Assembly (NCBI GenBank): GCA_050174015.1 | Contig: JBFXKG010000009.1 | Location: forward strand, 1-64,000 | Length of the DNA: 64,000 nucleotides | Direction: 5' to 3' | DNA from: Candidatus Krumholzibacteriia bacterium | Lineage (GTDB): Bacteria > Krumholzibacteriota > Krumholzibacteriia > LZORAL124-64-63 | In this document: one piece after another, positions 57,330 to 64,000 of the stretch | Position numbering within the stretch: the stretch's first letter is position 1 | Layout: each line of letters opens with the position of its first letter | Made by a program: the position numbers and the translations under genes | The notes under the pieces: generated by a model | What the model saw: only the letters and a program-made list of their open reading frames with translations | Database searches by the model: none | Told to the model about the DNA's origin: nothing

Positions 57330-58685
57330 TTGAAGCGCATCATCGAATCGTACGGGCTGCTCCTGGCGCTCATCGCCCTCGCCTATTTCCCCGTCCTGGA
57401 CACCTGGTGGTTCCACGACGACTGGGTGTTCCTGGCCAACGCCGCCGGAATCGAGGCCAGGCCCAATTCCCTGGTGCGCTGGTTCAGCTACCAGGCCTAC
57501 TGGAAGGCCTTCTGGCCGGTCTTCGGGCTGCAGACCTGGCCCTGGGCCCTGACCCGCCTGGGACTCCTTTTCGGCTCCGCGGTCCTGGTGGGTCGGGTCG
57601 GCCGGCTGGTGGGTCAGAAGCGGACCGAGGCAGCCCTGGCCGCCCTGGTGCTGGCCGCCAGCCCGGTGGCCTTCGAGAGCATGTACTGGGGGACCGGAGC
57701 CGTCGAGCTGCTCTGGGTGTTCTTCACCCTGTGGAGCGCCGAGCGCTGGATGCGCGGAGGCGCCCGGAATCGCAGGCTGGCCCTGGCCCTGGCGGCCGCC
57801 GCCATCCTTTCCAAGGAGGTGGCCGTATTCCTGGTGCCTTTGTTCGCCTGGGATCTGCGCCGCCGCGGCGTCCGTGAGGGCGGGACCCGGGCCGGACTGG
57901 CCGGACTGGCCCTGCTGGGGGCGGCCGGGGTCCTGCTGATCTTCAGGGACGTCCAGGGGACCGGGGATTATGCCTTGTCCCTGGCGGATCTGCCCCGGGT
58001 CTTCCTGGTCTGTGGATTCTGGCTGATCGCTCCGGCATCCCATCTGGGCGCAGTGTCCGAGGTCTCAGCCCTGGGGTTGCTGTGCGGAGCCGGCGTGTGG
58101 AGCCTCTGGGGCCTGATGGCCTATCACCGGCTCCAGCTGGACAATCCGTGGCCCCTGGTCCTGCTGGCAGCCGCGGTGGCGATGGTCTTGCCCGTGGCCG
58201 TCCTGGGCGACCACGCGGTCCCCCGCTACCTGCTGGGTCCCCAGGCCGCCTTCGCCCTGTTCCTGCTGAGCTTCCTGAGGCCGGCCAAGTTGCGGGAATC
58301 ATTCCGGACGGTCCTGATGGCCGCCCTCGTCCTCACCGTCCTGGCCATGACGACCGTCGCCTACCAGCAGGAGGCCCGCTGGCCCAGCGGCCGGGCCCGG
58401 CACCGTCTGGTGTTCAAGGAGGAGGTGTCCCGGGCGGCGGCGGAGCGCCTGCGCCGCCTGGATCTGCCCCCCGGGGGGCTGCTGGCCCTGAGGCCGGCGG
58501 CGGGGACCGACCAGGGGCAGGTGGCGGTCCTGAAGGAAGCGGTCGGCGGGAGCGCAGGGATCAGGATGATGGTGGGCCGAGACGCCCAGGTGGTGTGGCT
58601 GGGGCCGGGGGAGGCGGCTCCGGAGGGGGCGACGGTTCTGGAGATGGTGGGGGCGAACCTGGTGCCTCCCGGGCCCGGTGGCTGA
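57330..58685 (+). CDS. polytopic membrane protein, GT-C-like (putative lipid-linked glycosyltransferase)
   Basis: ~11 TM; DD motif in first loop (WFHDDW), SKE motif, PRYL; start uncertain. Confidence 0.55.
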   Translation: MKRIIESYGLLLALIALAYFPVLDTWWFHDDWVFLANAAGIEARPNSLVRWFSYQAYWKAFWPVFGLQTWPWALTRLGLLFGSAVLVGRVGRLVGQKRTEAALAALVLAASPVAFESMYWGTGAVELLWVFFTLWSAERWMRGGARNRRLALALAAAAILSKEVAVFLVPLFAWDLRRRGVREGGTRAGLAGLALLGAAGVLLIFRDVQGTGDYALSLADLPRVFLVCGFWLIAPASHLGAVSEVSALGLLCGAGVWSLWGLMAYHRLQLDNPWPLVLLAAAVAMVLPVAVLGDHAVPRYLLGPQAAFALFLLSFLRPAKLRESFRTVLMAALVLTVLAMTTVAYQQEARWPSGRARHRLVFKEEVSRAAAERLRRLDLPPGGLLALRPAAGTDQGQVAVLKEAVGGSAGIRMMVGRDAQVVWLGPGEAAPEGATVLEMVGANLVPPGPGG

Positions 58686-58891
58686 GTCTCGGTTTTTCGC
58701 AAAAGGATGACATCCTCTTTTATTGAATTTCTGCTATCAAAAAAACCCCGATCCTGGTAAAGTCCGACCACGGCCAGGAATGCCAGGCCCAATCGCCCGC
58801 CCATTTTCAGCTGCCACCTCCGGGGCTCCACCGTCCCTGTCCATTTCGGGTTTGTCAGCTCACGTTTTCGAAAGATAAAAGGAGGGATTCC

Positions 58892-61800
58892 ATGAGGGCT
58901 GCTCGCCTGCTTTTCGCCGTCGCCATGGTGAGCTTTTTCATGCTTGCCGGCCATCCCGCCTCGGCGGTTCCCGCCGATCCCCAGAGGATCTTCAACCTTC
59001 AACAACCTGACGGTCAGGCCTTTTCCGCCAGGCTCAGCGGGGACGAGACCGTCCACTGGTACGAGACCGAGGATGGGTACACCATCCTGCGAGACGACCA
59101 GGGGTTCTGGTTGTACGCGGTAGAGGATCCGAGTGGCAGTTTGGTCCGGTCGGACCGGGTGGTGGGGATGGACGCTCCGGTCTCGGACCGTCATCTGCGC
59201 CCCGATGCAGCCCTGATGGCCAGGATGGCGGCGAAGGCCGCCTCGCCTGCGACACGGCTGGGTCCGGTGACCAAGAACGCCATCACCGGGAACCAGGACG
59301 TGGTGATCATCCTGGTGGAATTCGCGGATACCGGAACGGGCGAAGGCTCCGACGGCGACCATGACGCCGCCTATTTCGGCAGCGCGGCCGACGGCCTGGT
59401 CCTCGGCTCGAGCGGTGGCAACCTTGCCGACTGGCTGGACGAGGTCTCCTTCGGACAGTTGACTCTGGGCGGGGTCGTGGCGAACGATCGATGGCACCGC
59501 AGCGACAGGACTGAGCTGTACTTCGGCGGGGATTGCGACCCGGGCCTGCCCTGCGATCCGCCGTACGACGTGCCCACCATGACCGACAACTGCAACGCCT
59601 GCATCCCCGATCTGGCGCGCAACGCCGTGCAGATGGCCGACACCACGGGCTTCGACTTCTCTCTCTTCGACGGCGACTCCGACGGGGTGGTCGATCACGT
59701 CATCATCGTCCATGCAGGCCACAACCAGGCCTCGCTGGGGGGCGCAGTGGACGATATCTGGTCGCACTGGGGCGTGATCCCCGGGGGCGGCGAACCGGTG
59801 GACGGGATCGTCGTCGAGAACTACGTCCTGGTTTCGGAACACGACGCCATGAGCGTGCTGGCCCACGAGTTCATGCACGATCTGGGCGCTCCCGATCTCT
59901 ACGACTACGACGCCGACAGCGACCCTGTGGGCCGCTGGTGCGTGATGGGCGAACTGGTGGAGGGTCCGCGGCCGGTGCATCCCTGCGGCCTGCTCAAGGT
60001 GGACATCGACGGCGACTTCACCAACGGCATGTCTGGCTGGCTGACGCCTGTCCCCCTGACCACCGAGGGCACCTACACGGTCAATCGCCTCGACCAGACG
60101 GCCACCCAAGCGGTCTACGTCACCGACCCGGCGTTCTCCGGTCAGGAGTACTTCCTGGTTGAGAACCGGTCCCGGGCGGGCTACTACGACTACTCGCTGC
60201 CCGAATCGGGACTGATCATCACCCACGTGGATATGGCCATGCCCGACGGAGGCGGCCGGTTCAACGACGGCACGCCGTCCAATTCCTACCACGGGGCCTG
60301 GATCGAGCGGCCGCTGAACCTCGTTTCACCGGACGGGGCCGCCTACTCGGCGGACGATGAGGAGCATCAATTCACCCCCACCACGGTTCCGAACACCAAC
60401 GCCAACGGGGACGTGGGAACCGGGGACGTTTTCTGGGGAATCGCTGCCGAAGGCGATGCGATGGACTTCTCGTACCGGGCGGGTCCGACGGTCGTCAGCG
60501 GGACGACCAGCGGGTTCACCGAATGGACGGTGGATCATTCACCCTACGTGGTGAACGCCGACCTCACCGTCGCTGATGGAGATACCCTGTGGATCGAGCC
60601 TGGGGTGGTGGTGAAGTTCAGCGGGACGAGCACATCCCTGCTCGTGAACGGAACGTTGATTGCCGTTGGCACGGAAGCCGATGGAATCGTCTTCACTTCG
60701 TATGCCGACGACGAATTCGGCGGGGACACGAACGCGAACGGGCCGAGCACGGGGAGCCCGGGGCAATGGGAGCTCATCGACTTCAACGGAGCCGATGCAG
60801 AGTGTTCATTTGCGCATTGCCGGATCCGCTTTGGAGGCGATCAGTACAGTTCTGGGGCATACTTTGACGGTTACGGCTTATTCAGTTCATCCATCCGCCT
60901 GGTGGGATCCAGTTCCTTGACAATATCGGACACCGTGGTGGAAAGGACAAAAATCGGGGAGGACTATTCCAACCGCATATCGACGACGATCTACTCGGCA
61001 ACCGACTGCGCCCTGGAAATGAGTGACTGCACGGTGAGCGACAACGAGCACCGGGGCGTGACCGCAAGAGGGAACCTCGTCCTGCAGGGGTGTCGGGTAT
61101 TGCGGAACGGCGGGGAGGGGGTTCTCAGTTACGGGGCGAATACTGAAATCCGGAACTGCAGGATAGCGGACAATCTTGGGTCGGGCCTTTACGTCCCCGG
61201 AACGGGGGCGACAGTCGTGGCGGACACTGTCTCCGGCAACGGCAACTGGGGTCTTTACCTGCCGACTTCGCCGGTGGCATTCAACGACAATGTGGTGACC
61301 GACAACGCAGGCCCCGGTCTCGGCATCCCGGCCCCGCTGGTTACCAACGCCTGGCTAGGGTCCGGAGTGATGAACGGAAACGGTCGGAGCGACGCTATCT
61401 GGGTCTATTCTGGCACGATCACAGCCACCTCTACCTGGATCGACGAACACCCGTATGTGATCGGCGGGGACGTCGCCATCGCCGACGGCGTGACCCTGTC
61501 CCTGGAATCTGGGACGGTCGTCAAGTTCGATGGTGTCTCGAATTCCCTTTCGGTCAATGGAACCCTGATCGCCAACGGGACCGTCACCGACAACATCATA
61601 TTCACTTCGGTAGCCGACGACGAATTCGGCGGGGACACGAACGCGAACGGGCCGAGCACGGGGAGCCCGGGGCAATGGGAGCTCATCGACTTCAACGGTG
61701 CCGATGCGGGGTGCTCCTTGACGCATTGCCGGATCCGCTTTGGAGGCGATCAGTACTATACAGGTGCATCCTTTGACGGTTACTACTATTTCAGTTCATC

Positions 61801-64000
61801 CATCCGCCTGGTGGGATCAAGTTCTTTAACGATGTCGGACACCGTGGTGGAAAGGACAAAAATCGGGGAGGACTATTCCAACCGCATATCGACGACGATC
61901 TACTCAGCAACCGACTGCGCCCTGGAAATGAGTGACTGCACGGTGAGCGACAACGAGCACCGGGGCGTGACCGCAAGAGGGAACCTCGTCCTGCAGGGGT
62001 GTCGGTTTTTGCGGAACGGCGGGGAGGGGGTTCTCAGTTATGGCGGCGGCAGCGACATTCGCAACTGCCTGGCGGCCGACAACGGCAACGACGGGTTGAA
62101 CCTGCAGGGGGCTTCGGCAATCGTCCTCGCCGACACCCTGCTGAACAACGGCGACCAGGGCCTGCTATTGAACAATCTGCCGGCTGAGTTCCGCGACTGC
62201 ATTGCCGCAGGCAACAACCGGTCGGCCTTCGTTCTTCCCACTTCGATCCTGACCGAGTCCTGGCACAGCGGGAACAGCGTCCAGGCTGGCGATGCGATCG
62301 GCGTCTGGGGTGGCGACATCCCGGCCGGAACGACCTGGATCGACGAGCATCCGGTCAACGTCTACGGCAACCTGATCTTGCCGCATGACCACGACCTGAC
62401 TCTCGAGCCCGGGTCCATCCTCAAGTTCGACGGCACCTTCGGGCTGACGATCAACGGCACCCTGGTCGCAGTCGGCACCGAGGTCGACAACATCGTCTTT
62501 ACCTCCTACAAGGACGACGACCGCGGCGGGGACACCAACGGCGACGGCGCGACCGCGCCCCCCCGCGGTTCCTGGCGCAATCTGACCTTCACCGGCACGA
62601 ACCCCGGCTGTTCGCTGCAGCACTGCCAGGTCCGCTACGCGGGCTATACGCATGATTCAACCTACCGCGAAGCCGTGGTGGTGACCGCGACCGGGGAGTT
62701 GGTCATGACCGACACCGTCATCGAGGAGACCGGTGGCGGCTCCACCTATCCCTACGCCCTGCGGGTGGAGGCCGGGGCGGACTTCCAGGTCCTCGATTCG
62801 GCGTTCCGCAACAACGCCGGGCACGGGGCGTGGATCGCCGAGCCAACCGCGCTATTGACCGGCTGTTCCGCGGACGGCAATGGCCTTTACGGTTTCTTCG
62901 TGCACCCGGAACTTGCTGGCGAAGCCGGCTCGCTCAACACCAATGCCGGCAACAGCTGGGACGCCGTGGGCATCATGGCCGGCGACGTCACCATCGACGA
63001 CTCCTGGCCCAGCACGACAAATTATGCGCCCACGGGCATGGTCACCATCGCCCCAGGCGCGACGGTGATCCTTGAAAGGGGCGCCACCCTGAAGTTCAAC
63101 GGGCCTTATTCCCTCAACGTCAACGGCGGGCTCTACGCCCAGGGGGACCCGATCGAGAAGGTCGTCTTCACCTCATTCAAGGACGACAACTACGGCGGGG
63201 ACACCAACGACGACGGGGTCAACACCGTCCCGGCGGCAGGCGACTGGGGGGGGATCAACTTCGCCGGAGCCCATGCCGGGTCGCACCTGGGATGGACCGT
63301 GGTCGCCTACGGCGGCGCATCCAGCGTTCCTGCGATCAAGGTCGACAACGCGATCTTCAGCGGGCCCTTCACCGAGTGCATCGTACGGAACAACCTGGGC
63401 CGGGGAGTGCAGGTCGGGACCACCGGCGACCTGGCCTTCAACAACTGCGACCTGTACGGCAACGGCTACGGCCTCGAGAACCTCAACCCGGCGGTGCAGG
63501 TCGATGCGCGCGGCAACTGGTGGGGGCACCCCAGCGGGCCCGCCGGGGCCGGACCGGGGACGGGTGACGCGGTCAGCAGCTACGTCCAGTACGAACCCTG
63601 GCTCAGCCGGTCCATCGACAACCCTTGGGTCGCCTTCACCTCGCCGAGCACTTCCGGCAACTACACCGACGTCCTGGTCTTCGATCTCGATGAGGACCCC
63701 TTGCTCGACGTGGTGGCCGGAACCGAGAGCAGCGGGCTGGAGGTCTACCTGCGGACCGGTTTCGAGGAGTGGGCCCCCGCCCCCTCCCCGATCAGCTCCG
63801 GGCAGATCCTGAGCCTGGACCGCGGCGACTTCAACGCCGACGGCCACTTGGATCTTTTGGTCGGATTGCCGAACGGCCTGAGGGTCTTCGCCGGTGATGG
63901 GACTGCAGGATTCACCGAGGTTTCCGCGCCCTTGACGGGTCCCGGGGTCAACGACGCCAGGTTCGCATTCGTGGACCACGATGGGAACCTGGACGTCGTG
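58892..64000 (+). CDS. large secreted M6-family (immune inhibitor A-like) metalloprotease with right-handed beta-helix modules and FG-GAP repeats; 3' truncated; absent from ORF track
   Basis: GGAGG RBS, ATG 58892, signal peptide, QPDG..GDE propeptide, IWSH, HEFMHDLGAPDLYD (59864), EYFLVENR; four FTSxxDDxxGGDTN modules; GDFNADGHLDL repeats; all in the same frame. Confidence 0.88.
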   Translation, partial: MRAARLLFAVAMVSFFMLAGHPASAVPADPQRIFNLQQPDGQAFSARLSGDETVHWYETEDGYTILRDDQGFWLYAVEDPSGSLVRSDRVVGMDAPVSDRHLRPDAALMARMAAKAASPATRLGPVTKNAITGNQDVVIILVEFADTGTGEGSDGDHDAAYFGSAADGLVLGSSGGNLADWLDEVSFGQLTLGGVVANDRWHRSDRTELYFGGDCDPGLPCDPPYDVPTMTDNCNACIPDLARNAVQMADTTGFDFSLFDGDSDGVVDHVIIVHAGHNQASLGGAVDDIWSHWGVIPGGGEPVDGIVVENYVLVSEHDAMSVLAHEFMHDLGAPDLYDYDADSDPVGRWCVMGELVEGPRPVHPCGLLKVDIDGDFTNGMSGWLTPVPLTTEGTYTVNRLDQTATQAVYVTDPAFSGQEYFLVENRSRAGYYDYSLPESGLIITHVDMAMPDGGGRFNDGTPSNSYHGAWIERPLNLVSPDGAAYSADDEEHQFTPTTVPNTNANGDVGTGDVFWGIAAEGDAMDFSYRAGPTVVSGTTSGFTEWTVDHSPYVVNADLTVADGDTLWIEPGVVVKFSGTSTSLLVNGTLIAVGTEADGIVFTSYADDEFGGDTNANGPSTGSPGQWELIDFNGADAECSFAHCRIRFGGDQYSSGAYFDGYGLFSSSIRLVGSSSLTISDTVVERTKIGEDYSNRISTTIYSATDCALEMSDCTVSDNEHRGVTARGNLVLQGCRVLRNGGEGVLSYGANTEIRNCRIADNLGSGLYVPGTGATVVADTVSGNGNWGLYLPTSPVAFNDNVVTDNAGPGLGIPAPLVTNAWLGSGVMNGNGRSDAIWVYSGTITATSTWIDEHPYVIGGDVAIADGVTLSLESGTVVKFDGVSNSLSVNGTLIANGTVTDNIIFTSVADDEFGGDTNANGPSTGSPGQWELIDFNGADAGCSLTHCRIRFGGDQYYTGASFDGYYYFSSSIRLVGSSSLTMSDTVVERTKIGEDYSNRISTTIYSATDCALEMSDCTVSDNEHRGVTARGNLVLQGCRFLRNGGEGVLSYGGGSDIRNCLAADNGNDGLNLQGASAIVLADTLLNNGDQGLLLNNLPAEFRDCIAAGNNRSAFVLPTSILTESWHSGNSVQAGDAIGVWGGDIPAGTTWIDEHPVNVYGNLILPHDHDLTLEPGSILKFDGTFGLTINGTLVAVGTEVDNIVFTSYKDDDRGGDTNGDGATAPPRGSWRNLTFTGTNPGCSLQHCQVRYAGYTHDSTYREAVVVTATGELVMTDTVIEETGGGSTYPYALRVEAGADFQVLDSAFRNNAGHGAWIAEPTALLTGCSADGNGLYGFFVHPELAGEAGSLNTNAGNSWDAVGIMAGDVTIDDSWPSTTNYAPTGMVTIAPGATVILERGATLKFNGPYSLNVNGGLYAQGDPIEKVVFTSFKDDNYGGDTNDDGVNTVPAAGDWGGINFAGAHAGSHLGWTVVAYGGASSVPAIKVDNAIFSGPFTECIVRNNLGRGVQVGTTGDLAFNNCDLYGNGYGLENLNPAVQVDARGNWWGHPSGPAGAGPGTGDAVSSYVQYEPWLSRSIDNPWVAFTSPSTSGNYTDVLVFDLDEDPLLDVVAGTESSGLEVYLRTGFEEWAPAPSPISSGQILSLDRGDFNADGHLDLLVGLPNGLRVFAGDGTAGFTEVSAPLTGPGVNDARFAFVDHDGNLDVV
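60692..62040 (+). repeat. 440-bp direct repeat pair (60692-61131 and 61601-62040) inside the protease gene
   Basis: Offset 909 bp, in frame, no indels, about 28 mismatches by hand count. Confidence 0.93.

Noticed and set aside
60692..62040. Diversity-generating retroelement (TR/VR pair)
   Set aside because: Mismatches involve all bases rather than only adenines of one copy, both copies are in-frame coding, and no reverse transcriptase is in the window.

Overview
High-GC (~70% by eye) bacterial chromosome segment. FlgD-type C-terminal tags and the tuf-rpmG-tRNA-Trp-secE order suggest an FCB-associated lineage such as Krumholzibacteriota/Latescibacterota (inference). It has four blocks. (1) 1-8.2 kb is housekeeping/envelope: 3' end of a FlgD-tagged secreted protein, MATE transporter, aroA-aroC-tyrS, a TlpA-like redoxin and an outer-membrane barrel with TSP3 repeats. 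(2) 8.3-39 kb is the most interesting part. It is a Wza/Wzc/Wzy-type surface-polysaccharide locus with a priming transferase, GT4, rmlA, rmlC, a deacetylase, four sulfotransferases, a lyase-like lipoprotein and a degenerate asparagine-synthase-like protein. Embedded in it is a 4087-aa type I PKS (FAAL-ACP-KS-AT-KR-ACP-KS-AT-KR-ACP) that ends in a GNAT-fold domain instead of a thioesterase. This predicts a 3,5-dihydroxy fatty acyl chain transferred onto a deacetylated, sulfated glycan, resembling Nod-factor logic on an exported polymer (hypothesis). (3) 39-57 kb is core: ispF, ddl, tRNA-Thr/Tyr/Gly/Thr, tuf, rpmG, tRNA-Trp, secE, nusG with a long acidic extension, rplKAJL, rpoBC and cydAB. (4) 57-64 kb holds a GT-C-like membrane protein and the 5' part of a giant secreted M6 metalloprotease with beta-helix and FG-GAP repeats, including a near-identical 440-bp internal duplication. 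No CRISPR array, rRNA, transposase or integrase was seen.
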